64,000 nt of DNA from Amphiscolops sp. MND2022. Taxonomy: Eukaryota. The stretch is taken from positions 32,924,001 through 32,988,000 of the forward strand of contig OZ076409.1 in the NCBI GenBank assembly GCA_964187785.1, written 5' to 3'. How positions within the stretch are numbered: position 1 is the stretch's first letter; the number at the start of each line of letters is the position of its first letter. The notes beneath the pieces were generated by a model. It was not told the origin of the DNA. It saw only the letters and a list, made by a program, of their open reading frames with translations, and did not search any database. Made by a program: the position numbers and the translations under genes. This document shows, in pieces, positions 20,901 to 32,700 of this stretch.

Positions 20901-22826
20901 CTGACAACGCCTGAGGAGAGAAGCGAAGAAAGTGACCAGAAAGAAACCGAAGAATGAGCATAAGAACCTGAAAGAACCAAACCAACAAACAACAAATAAA
21001 ATACAAACAATTAAATAGGTACTTAAATATTTTTAATAACTTGACCACTGTGCAGTACCTAAAATACATAAATACGTAAATACTTAAATAATATTAACTG
21101 CAATGAGTGTGATTTATTTACAGTAAAATGAACGTGCTGATTGAAATTAATCCTACCACCGCGCCGACCAGCTTACTGCCACATTAACAGCGGAGCTAAA
21201 CAAATCTGTTTTCATTTTTTAAAATTAGCCAGTCAGCGCTTAGCGCAATTTCACTGTGCTAACTGAGTGGCCTCCCCAGGCAGCTCACCAGTCAATCGAA
21301 AACTGGGACGCACACCCAGTCGCTCGATTAAATTAACAATAATGATGCTAAAGATGATGAATATTTTGTACAATTCTAATGTAATTCCAAATTAAAAGAA
21401 GTTGAAATATGGGAAAACAAGTACGGCAAGGAAGAAATATCCACTTATAACGTACTATCGATGCTAATAAATGTATTTACCACTGCTAATTTAGAGTCAA
21501 TCACCCAGACAACCGATTAATTAGACAATTTTGAGTCTAAATCCCGGATGTGGAATTTGTTAAATTATAGACTAAATACCCACCAATATCAGTACACGCA
21601 ACCCTTTATGAACCAAATTGACCCCGTGGAAACTAAATCATAAAGAACGGTGCAGAAATTTGATGCAAATGTTATTTGTTAAATGTTAAGTGCGGACCAC
21701 ATTTATTCGAATTTGAGACAACACTCCAGTCTCTCAATTTGCGATTATGAATTGTGAATGTTCGTATAACCCATAAGACTATTTAGCTCAACGATATTTG
21801 TAATTTTCATTCGTTAGTGCAATATTATCCTTTCCCTCATGTGGTAACCACTTTAGTATGTCAATATTTGTTAATCGTTCCATTCGGAGTGAAAATTGAT
21901 CATGCAATTTGAGTCAACGTCCTGGTCAACCGCTCAATCAACCTAAAGTAGAACGTGCTACCAGGGTTGTGACCAGAATAAATAATAGTTTATTTCCCGC
22001 TAAATACTAATTATGAGCAGTATTTATTTGACGTTTTATTGGAAATTGTGATTATTTCATATTTTGTTATGCGGTTGAATGGCATTTTATTTCGATGTAA
22101 ACTTTGTTTTTTTCCCGCGTTAGTAGGTAAATTTTTGAACTTTTATTGCCAACTTCATCCTCGGCGTCACTAATTGGCGGGGCATGAAGGAGAAGGGACG
22201 CGGAATTGGAACTTTGGCAGGAAGTTGATTCCCACTTTTCCTAAAGTGGGATGACGCCGAGAGCCGAGGTCCGAGGAAGCCTACCTAATTCGGAAATTCC
22301 TCGCCTCGGAAGGACGCCGGGCTGAACGAGGTGTGAGTTCACGCGCGGGATTTATCCTGCGTGTCTAGCGAAAAGTTTTAATACCTAAGGCGGTTTAAGA
22401 AAAGAGTAGTTGAAAGTTTAGAATCCAGCCTTGTGTTTGATTAATTCACTATTATTCCAACTAATTGTTCTTTTTTTGTAAACTCATTCTCGAGAAAATC
22501 TTAATCTGAATCATGTTCATCGAGTAATTCAAGTCTCGTCAGCTTTGAAATCCTTTTCCTCAATGTCTGAGAAATCCCAGAAGAGAAAAATGAGGAGAGA
22601 CCCAGCAGAGGATTCAGACCTCATAGAGAGTTCTAGTACCTCTACCGACGACAATAACTGTATTTCGGAGCAGGATTTGAAGAGATTACTATCAAAGTTG
22701 AAAATAGAATGTCAAAATGTTTGAGAGATACTGAGCATTGTTAAAGAGAAATACTCAAGTTGATTGAAAATCTATCTGCCAAGGTGGATAATTTGAGTAA
22801 TTCAGCTTCATTAGACCCAGGTTGTT
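17977..22826. repeat. Tandem duplication of about 2.42 kb (flank, TSD and most of the 5' LTR of element B)
   Basis: 17977-20400 is repeated at 20401-22820 with scattered substitutions. GTTGTT microhomology at 17977, 20401 and 22821. Confidence 0.95.
18438..20400 (+). repeat. Duplicated, 3'-truncated copy of the 5' LTR of element B
   Basis: Preceded by CCTCT (18433-18437); aligns with 20863 onward and 35628 onward. Confidence 0.9.
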
Positions 22827-22918
22827 CGAGTTCCAGGACTGAGACTCACGAAAATCTACAAGACGTTTTAACCTCAGAATACGTTGATAATTCCGAACAA
22901 AAAACGTAAACTGCAACA
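20863..22918 (+). repeat. 5' LTR of element B (about 2.06 kb)
   Basis: GGTCACAG (TG mutated)...CTGCAACA; homologous to 35628-37818; followed by the PBS. Confidence 0.9.
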
Positions 22919-23975
22919 TGGTAAACAGGAGTCATTATCAAACCAACCCCAAGCAATAATACTCACACCCTCTAGTTTGCCGCCTCCAAATCAGAGACAG
23001 TCTGATGAAATAATAGACAAGCTATTGGAATCCCTATACGCCGCAAAGAAGCAAAATACAGGAGTACCCCGCCTACCGAAGGCATTAGCAACCACCATGC
23101 CAACCTTCGATGGAAAACCGAAAAAGTGCGAGCACTTCGAGGACCTTTTCCAGACAAGTTTGAAAGTCCTTCTCTCAAATGACAGAACAGGAGAAAGTAC
23201 ACTACTTCCACTCTCTCTTGCGAGGAGATGCCTTGCAGACCTTCCGTAATATGACGGAAGCCACAAAATCTTATCTAAACGACATAATTGCGGGCTTCCG
23301 TCGGGGATACGTGTATTCACAATCAGTTGCCCCGGCCCGCTGTAGGTGAAAGAACCTCACCTTTGACCCAACGAGGCAAACCTTCCAAGACTTCCCAGAA
23401 ATGTACCAGAAACTCGCACAGGAGGCATATGCAGAAGACGCACCCAAAGTCATAGAGACCTCCTTCTATGCAATAATGCCAGCGCACCTAAAACGAGTAC
23501 TAAATCAAGCACGCCTTGAAACCGCCTCATTTGAAACAATGGTGCAGCACATAGAACGAGAAATGGAATTAAATGGATTAGCTAATCCAGAGTCCACACC
23601 ATTCACAGGCATACACAATGTGGCACCTGCAGCCAACACAAATCATGAGCGAGTACCAAAAATCACAGGAACATGTTTTGGCTGTGGCCACCCGGGCCAT
23701 CTCCTCCGTAACTGTAGGAAACCCAACAGAGATAAAAGAACCCAGAAACCCCTCAACACGAACATAACAAACCCCTGCGAAACATGTAGCAAAATGGACC
23801 ATGAAACCAAAGACTGCTATTCCGGAGCGAATTGGGTAATCCGCACAACATGGTGGAAAACACCTAAGAAGACAGGATCCACAACAAGCTCCACAAGAGA
23901 CCCTCCAGCAACCACAGATTACCCAGCAGCCACAAACCATGGCACCGCACAATACCCAGCAAAAAAACTTCTAAA
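22563..23975 (+). pseudogene. gag: gag of element B (starts inside the LTR), disrupted
   Basis: ATG at 22563 (MSEKSQKRK...), MPTFDGKPKKCEHFEDLF, knuckles CFGCGHPGHLLRNC and CETCSKMDHETKDC. Several stops and frameshifts. Confidence 0.85.
22919..22932 (+). other. Primer-binding site of element B, tRNA-Leu-like
   Basis: TGGTAAACAGGAGT directly after the LTR end, resembling the complement of a tRNA-Leu 3' end (TGGTGTCAGGAGT). Confidence 0.6.
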
Positions 23976-26900
23976 GCCACGTCTTCGATTCGGGGATTAC
24001 ACCGATTTCAGATATTACACCACATCTGAACCCCCGAAGGACTTCGATAAAGCAATGTTTATCGAGTGCTCAGGACAACCATCGATCAACTGGCAGCGAC
24101 GCTGGCTCATCCAACGTATCATAAAGTTAAAAAAACGCCCTCGACAAGCTCCCCCACCCTGACTGGTGTATCCAAAACCCTACTCATTACAACTCTACCC
24201 GCCGACCCTTACTTCCCAGCACAACTCCCGAGACTTACATACACGACCCTGACTTTGAATGTGACCCCTACTACAACCCAACGTTATACGATACCGAATG
24301 ACTTGTCTTCAAACAACTTATCAATGTGCCATTTCACGAGTTCATAACCAATACAAACATGGATATTTCAACAACCCCAAAACGAAACGACGACATAAAT
24401 CATGCTCCCGTACCAAAGGCTGAAGAAGAACACGACACTGAAATCACAGTGATCGTGACACCACCAGCGGCATCCCTCAAGCCGATCCTCAAACACAGCA
24501 ACACTTCACTTCTGAATGCACCCCAGTCACCCCAGAAAATCCCAGCCACCACCAACGAGATCCGGGTAGCCATGACGTCGTCCCCCTCTAGTCCAGAGAG
24601 TCCCGAACATAACTATTCCACCCACGAAGCCCCAGGCGACAACGAAAAAGCCGGGAACCACAAGGATGTCGATAAACCCACAACAAAGCTTCGCACCCGA
24701 CGAGTCAAACGAACACTAACATTCGAGTTCAACCAAATGGCAAAATTCAGTCAGTCACCCACAAGACGACCCATTTTTCGATTATCATTATCGTCCCAAC
24801 GAGCTACTCAGCGAAGGCCAAGACGCCGATTGGCTCCACACCAGTCAACAACTGAACGAAATTTCCATTACCAACCCAGACCCGAGTGAAAATTGCATAC
24901 CGATAATCTCAGTCATTAATCTGAAAAAGAAAAGGAAAAAGCTCTCGGCCCCAATGGACTTTATTAACCTATCGATAGACGCACTCATAGACTCAAGAGC
25001 ACTCGTTAATTGCCTCCCAGAGACCAAATTCCAAAAAAAAATCAGTAAGCCCAGACAACATAATCAAGGAGTTGGACCCACCAACCTTCAAACTACAAGT
25101 CGCAAATGACGATATTGAAACCCCTACAAAAACTGTTCAACTCCAATTTGAAATAGGAGACTTTCAAACAGACGTTCATAGTAGCAACTAAAATGACAGG
25201 ATCCATACTCGGTCTAACGTTCCGCAAAAATAACAGCGCGATCTTAGACGTCGGTCAGGCCTTCTACACTTTCCACACCTGACCTATGCATTTTCAGCGG
25301 ATGACAACGAAACAATCTCGAGACACCACAACGTGACCATCAAAAACCAACTCACCATAATGCCGGATCAGTGTGTAACAATTCAAGCAGGCATCAACCT
25401 CCGTACCCTAACAAACACCACGGGAATTATCCATCCCACTGAACCATTCTCCGGAGAACACCAGCTAGTGGTTGCGAGCTCATTATCAACAGCCACGAAC
25501 TCAAAGTCGAAATACGAGTCACCAACATATCTTCGAGACTATTCACCTTCACAAAGAACGCCACTATAGCATATTTCACTATTCTGTCGCCCCTGGAAGC
25601 CAAACAACTTCACCAACTTAACTCAGCAGCCCTTAAAGTGTTAGCAGAAAATAACACAGAACAGGCATTAGAATATGTCAATGAACGCCTGAAATCCTCC
25701 GCAAAACCGCAGACCGTCCAAAATTTCTGGTTTCCCACACCGGATAACCCGGGAGACCCATCAACCCACACTCCCATTCAAAGCAGAAATCTCCGAGAAA
25801 TCAAAGAACTGTAAACAATCCAAAATTTTAACCCACACAACACTCCCGAAGGTAGAGCAACTTTCCTGGCCAACTTGAAATGGACAGATTCACAGTTAAA
25901 CGACTATGACAGAGCCGACCTTGAAGAAATTCTTGTTGAATACAATGACATCTTTGCAAAGCACCGCCTTGACATTGGTATCAACAATGAATTTAAAATA
26001 AAACTCACCCCTAAATCGGAACAACCGGCATACAAACAAAGCCTACCACGCCGTGTCAACCTGAAAGATGATGAAGTGGCACTGATGCACTACTACGGCA
26101 CCATCACAACACTTCCTTTCAGTAAATACGCCAACCCGATTTTGGCACAAAGGACGCCTCCGTTTGCTCGTCGATTTGAGAAAGATTAAAAATCTCATCT
26201 CCGACGACTACATAAACAACAACCATACAGTAAGCACCCTCTCCGACGCGGCTCAACATTTGGCCGGGAAGAAACTGTTTTGTAAGCTTGATTGTTCTCA
26301 AGCTTTCCACGTAATGCAAATGGCAGACCAGAAATCAGTGGAACTCCTGGCATTCAATTTTGCCAGTCGGACATTCGCAAACCTGCGACTCGCACAAGGG
26401 CTCAGCAGATCTCTCTCCTCCTTCTCGAGCTTCATGAGGGAATATCTCGATCGCGTCATAAATGCTGACAAATGCGCTCAGTATGTCGATGACATCGAGA
26501 TAGCAACCCACACTGCCGAGGAGCTGATGACCAACCTGCGCGAGGTCTTCCAGTGCATCAGAAAAGCAGGTCTGCGTCTGACAAGGGCCAAATGCCAGTT
26601 CAGAGCCCTGGAAATTGATTTCCTTGGACGAACAGTCTCCCCCGGAGGCAATGCCCCCAGTCTTACAAGATCAGAAACTACATTCAAAAAGTGTCGTTTC
26701 CAAAAACCAAGAAAGGCCTACAGAGGTACATCGGTTTTGTTAATTATTACCGTAATTACGTACCCTGTCTCTCCGAAAAAGTTGCTTCATTCCACGACCT
26801 CGTCAAAGCAGACAAGCCGATCAAAATTGACAACGACATCATCAAAACCTTCAACGGCATCAACAAAGCATTGGACAACGCGTGCGGACTATGGTTAAAA

Positions 26901-29281
26901 CAACCTCTGCCCAACAAGCAATACGTGCTTATGACAGATGCGAACTTTGAAACTGCCGGCTATGCCCTTATGATCGAAGAAAATCCCGAGATGAACTCAC
27001 ATCAGTCAAAAAGACGTACGACCCAGTGGCTTTCGGCTCAAAAACATATTCACCATCTCTAATAAAAATGTCCATCTACGTGAAAGCATTCTTGGCAATA
27101 TATTTTGCCTTCATGGAATATAGTCACATTTTATGGGGATCGACCAAACCGGTCATCGTCCTAACAGACAACAAATCTGTGACAAGATTCTTTCAAACAA
27201 AGGTCATTCCCCCAGCACTATAGAACGCATGTGACTTCGTGCTGCAATTCAACTTTACAATCGCACAGAATCCAGAACGAACGAATACTGCCGCAGACTT
27301 CCTCTCCAGACTTGACCTGGATCCTAAAGAGAAAGGCCAACTTCTCTTACGAGAGGACATTCACACCGCCCCAATCGAAGTGAATATACAGTCATCTGAT
27401 GTAGCTGAAGAGGAACAATTCCACCCCCCCCCGACGATGACGAAAGAGCAGATATGGGAGAGAAAGCAAAAGGCCCGGAAAGATTCTTGGAAACGACACA
27501 ACACTAACGCCAGGTAATGAATCAAACGACAATAAACCCCATCCGAAACCGCAACAATCATATTTCAAACGGAAACATTGAAACGCAAAGATGACGACAG
27601 AAACAATGAGGAAACCCTTCCCCGAAATCTGAGACATCAACAAGATCAAGACAAGGTCTTACGAAATTACAAACTGCGACTACTCAAAGAACCATACGAC
27701 GAACACCTTATGGCCACAGGCCTCTAAAGGGCACTCAAATACACAGTCCAAGAATCCAGAATCATCCTCGAAGACGGACTGCTATACCGGCAGTACAGCG
27801 AAACCGGAACTGTTAAATACCTTCGGGTAATACTCACAGAACACCTCGTTAACTCATTCATTGAAGCCCACGACGGCATGCATGATAAACACCCCGGAAT
27901 CACCAAGGTTATACAACAGTGCAGAGAACAGTATTACTACCCAAGTCTCGCGGCCCGAATAGCCAAACACATCAATCGATGCATGAAATGCACGCAAACA
28001 AAACGAACCGACAACCGACTCATTACCCTACCGATGATCAACACATCCAATTTAGCAATGAGACCAGAGGACGCCCTATAAATGGATATTGTCCCATTCG
28101 ATGAACCATCAAACGGGTACACAGCCATAGTCACAGCCTTGGATATATTCTCACGCTACTTAATTACCTACTGTGTCACCAAAATAGATGCAAAGACAAT
28201 TGAAAGGGCACTAGTTGACAATATGACCCGCCACGCGTACTTTCCCACGACAATCATAACTGACAAAGGAACCCAGTTTATGTCCGAGGTAATAGCAGAC
28301 ACAACCCGAGTATTGGGCATCCAATTACGCCACGCCACGACAAAGCACGCAGAGACGATAAGCATCTTAGAACAATGTCACGCATCACTGAAAGAAGCAT
28401 TGAAAACTTCAACAGGAGAACGAAGAACAATGTGGCACCAGTTTGTACCAACAGCCACACTCAACTATACACAACGTACCACTCAGCCCTAGGGTGCGAA
28501 CCCAGCAGGGTGCTCCTTAGCAGAGTACCATATAATGTACTCGACCAAAATTCGGACTCAAACAGGGCCAAAACAAAGACCCGACAACAGATATAGTCGA
28601 AAAAATTGTCCAAAAACCCGAATGATACACGACTCAGTGAGCAAACACCTCCTACACGCGTACATGCAGTACAAACAGTACTATGACAAGAAAGTCTCCG
28701 CTCACCCCTTAGCATTGATAGACTACTGCTACACCTTCAGTCCCCGGTCCAACAACCAAAGATCTAAATTGCCTTTCCGCGAGTACTTACGGACAGGGCC
28801 GTTCGTAGTAGTGAAGACCCTCCCAACCAAAAACTACTTAATCCGCAAATTGCAAACGAACAAAACACAAATACTACACAGAATTCGACTGAAACCTTGC
28901 CCAACCAAGGATCGTCTACCGGATATACAAGTCCAAACGAAAGACTTCCAACCCGATAATGATGTTGAAATCCTACATGACGATTTGTTTGCACTAGCAT
29001 GGCAGTCAGTGTTCGAACACTTCGTGATGCCACCCAACCACAATCTCAACAGTGAACCCACACTGATCCCGATTGACAACGAAAATAACTCAGAATCCGG
29101 AGCCCAGGAGACTGCCCCAGACATTCTACCAGACAATCACCCAGGGGAAGAAGAAATTCAGGAAACCCGATCAGAAACCGACCCGGACCCAGAAGCTAAC
29201 TCCCCCGGAAAGGAAAACATAACATACGAAGTAACCTCCCTTCAAACTGGAAAAACGATTATGCTTATTACAACCCAGTAA
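23962..29281 (+). pseudogene. pol: pol of element B (PR, dUTPase-like spacer, RT, RNase H, integrase), heavily disrupted
   Basis: DALIDS (PR); KLDCSQAFH, RLAQGLSRS, QYVDD (RT); LMTDAN, LTDNKSV, AADFLSR (RNase H); H...HPG...CMKC, MDIV, TDKGTQF (IN); GPF motif. Confidence 0.92.
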
Positions 29282-29742
29282 CCATCTGTTTGAATAACTA
29301 AACTCTTCCAACGAATTCGTGATACGACACATGTGAACTACGTAGTGATTTACACTATACGTTCGAATCAATTTCCCTAACACTCAGCTACGATTTCAAG
29401 AGAAAACAGATTCGAGGAGCAAGAAAATAGTTTTGATAAAATGCCCCAGAAATCTCACATAAATAAGCCAAGACTCTCAGACGAGCCACATTTTCAGCAA
29501 TTAGAGCGTTTAGTTTGATTCTACTCTATAGGGTTCAGTAGTTTGCTATGTCAACAGTGAAGGCCGAAGACACACATCAATATCAATATACCGATGAATA
29601 ACAGCAAACATCAATCTACACTACGTCTATGAAATAAAAAGATAAAAAAAGTTCTAAAAATACAGTTCAACACCAAACATTTGGAGGAAGTTTAACATCA
29701 ACTTCCCAAGAAAATTCACCCGGAGTTACCACGAACGCTACC

Positions 29743-32700
29743 CTAATGTGAGCGTCCTTTGGTGGTAGATGCATTAGCGGAACCACCATGTCGACCAGCT
29801 TTCTTCTCCTTCAACTTTTGCGACACATTGCTAGTACCACTATCGGAGACAAGGGATTTTGCTGGCTGAACAGGGACACCGCCCCCAGACCCACACTTGG
29901 TAGACGAACACGAACCAGGCGTCTCCACTTCGGCAGGGACGTTGGCTGGCGCAACAGCAGGCGAACTGTTTACAGGAGAACTTGAAGAAAACACTCCCAA
30001 CCCAGCTTGCCGACGCCAATCAGTTACTTGATCCATATAGTAATTGTTGAAGCTATCACGAAGATCACGATAAAGGTCCTGATGAGGGTGGAGATACAAT
30101 AACCGCCAAGGAGCAAATGAAGCATTGGACATAAACACATGTCCCACTGGCAAATTCACCTTCAACTCGTCAAGACAATCGTTCGTCAATAGCTCTCCAG
30201 AAACGAATGCACCATCTGGCCCAAACAATTGCAAAGCCAGGATTGAGGACAACAAGATCTTCTTAGGGATAGACGACCCGCTGAGAGACATCTCCACCTT
30301 TGGATAAATGATAACACGTGGCACAACTCCAACGGAAACCATCGAAACTACTTTCAACAAAGACGCTCGACACTCCAACAATCCGCTCTCATGAAGGAAA
30401 GAAAAACTGATTTCTATGGTTGAAATCACTCGCCGATTCTTCCGTCGCAACTCCACCAACACCGACTTGAATTCGTTACTGGCACCCTCGGATTCCACAG
30501 AGGACAGTCGACCACAAGTCTGTAGACAGGAAACCAATTCTCGGAATAAGGATACAGTATACTGCTCATCACCCTGGAGAACCATATCAGGAGAGAGACA
30601 ATTGAGGCTCCAAGCCAACAAAGAGGTGGCATAAGGAGAAAAATTCAACACTTTCAGGAACTCCATCAGGAAGCCATGACATTCACGGAGAAAGCTCCGT
30701 TTAGCGGTATCACTATATCGAACCAGTGCCTTGACATTAATCGGCTCACTCTTCAAACTGTCGACAAAAGACAGGTTCGACCAGGTAGACAACGGACGAC
30801 CAATATTCGAACTCCACTCCTCGACACTCGGCATTTCGGCCAATTTCTTCACTTTACTCAGGAGACTCCAATAGAAGAAGCAGAACTCAGAGTAATTACG
30901 ACAACTGTAGTCCGTCACACTCTCGTCCCCTTGCTTCTCAAAGTTAGACTGGAAACAGGACACCAGCACATGCAGCAGACTCAAATGTGGCAACACATAA
31001 GAGTCCGAAACAATCACTTGACCCAAATCAATAGGAGTTCTCCCTCGCAGCGGAGTTGTTGTGCCATCCTCTCTAAAAACGAGCTTCCTGTCTTCCCAAT
31101 GGTCGACCAACTCAACCAGAAAGGCACCCAAAAAACTGAAAGGAATATCACGGCGTCGAACACACCGACGCATTTCAACCAGGCCCAACATCCACGGTTG
31201 ATGAACAGCCTTGTTGAACTGTAAAATCAGGAAATCTAAGACTGCGAAGGGATCCAAGGAATGCCCACCAACCATGCCCGTCTCCCGCACGTATTTGAAA
31301 CACTGGGAGAAAACTCAAACAGAGAGAGAGAGAGAGGCCCAGACCGCCCATGAGATCGACACCACTCACTAAACACATTAAACAGGGTAGGTGAACACCC
31401 CAGTAAGGCAACCGGAGAATGAGTTTCGGAAAAGATTGCTAGAACACGTGACAGGCAGCGGATCTCGGCATCACAAATACCCGAAGAGTGAGGTTCCCAC
31501 AGCAGAGACACTTCTCGAACGAGATTACCGGTAGAACACCGGACAATGCAGCAAAGTTTTCGTCATCCTCCACGAAACAAGATGCTGAAATACGAATCTT
31601 TGCACCAGGGGTAGAGCCGTCGAAGAACACGAGGTTACAAAGTCTGACAAACTATCACAAGCGACTGTCTTGCTCCAAGTGGCCTGAGCATATGTCGACT
31701 CAACTGGAATAGTGACCCGGAACTGATTCCACAGCCGCCTTAAAAAACTGTGCGACCCACCACTACGAAGGAGCACGAAAAGACCACCCACAAGTGTCGC
31801 AGACGACACCAACTAAAGCATCCACTTGGTCTTCTTTGAATGGATTCTTCTTGCCCAGAACTACGAGCGGAGTGTGCTCAATCTCGGCACGCAATTCATC
31901 AGAAAAATCGGCAACTTTCACTTCTTCAAACTGAGGGGTGTAAATCACATCTTCATGATCCAGCCTTTATCGCCGATTTTTCAGATAATGACTTCTTCGG
32001 CCAGTTTCTGCACTTTACTCAGGAGACTCCAATAGAAGAAGCAGAACTCAGAGTAAGTACGACAACTGTAGTCCGTCACACTCTCGTCCCCTTGCTTCTC
32101 AAAGTTAGACTGGAAACAGGACACCAGCACAAGCAGCAGACTCAAACGTGGCAACATATAAGAGTCCGAAACAATCACTTGACCCAAATCAGCAGGAGTT
32201 CTCCCTCGCAGCGGAGTTCTTGTGCCATCCCCTCTAAAAACGAGCTTCCCGTCTTCCCAATGGTCGACCAACTCTTCCAGAAAGGCACCCAAAGAACTGA
32301 AAGAACTGAAAGGAATCTCATGGCGCCGAACACACCGACGCAATTCAACCAGGCCCAACATCCACGGTTGATGAACAGCCTTGTTGAACTGTAAAATCAG
32401 GAAATCTAAGACTGCGAAGGGATCCAATGAATGCCCACCAACCATGTCCGCCTCCCGCACGTCTTTGAAACACTGGGAGAATACTCGCACAGAGAGAGAG
32501 GCCCAGACCGCCCATGAGATCGACACCACTCACTAAACACATTAAACAGGGTAGGTGAACACCCCAGTATGGCAATCGGAGAATGAGTTTCGGGAAGGAT
32601 TGCTAGAACACGTGACAGACAGCGGATCCCGGCATCACAGTTACCCGAAAAGTAAGGTTCCCACAGCAGAGACACTTCTCGAACGTGATTACCGGTAGAA

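Noticed and set aside
25333..25590. Functional dUTPase between protease and RT (also near 3620-3900 and 42030-42300)
   Set aside because: The beta-rich spacer is dUTPase-like in outline only; the catalytic motifs are not visible and such spacers are common in Gypsy Pol.
30676..32394. Plus-strand ORFs of 182 and 184 aa in element B
   Set aside because: They are antisense shadows of the minus-strand gene, repeated only because of the tandem duplication.
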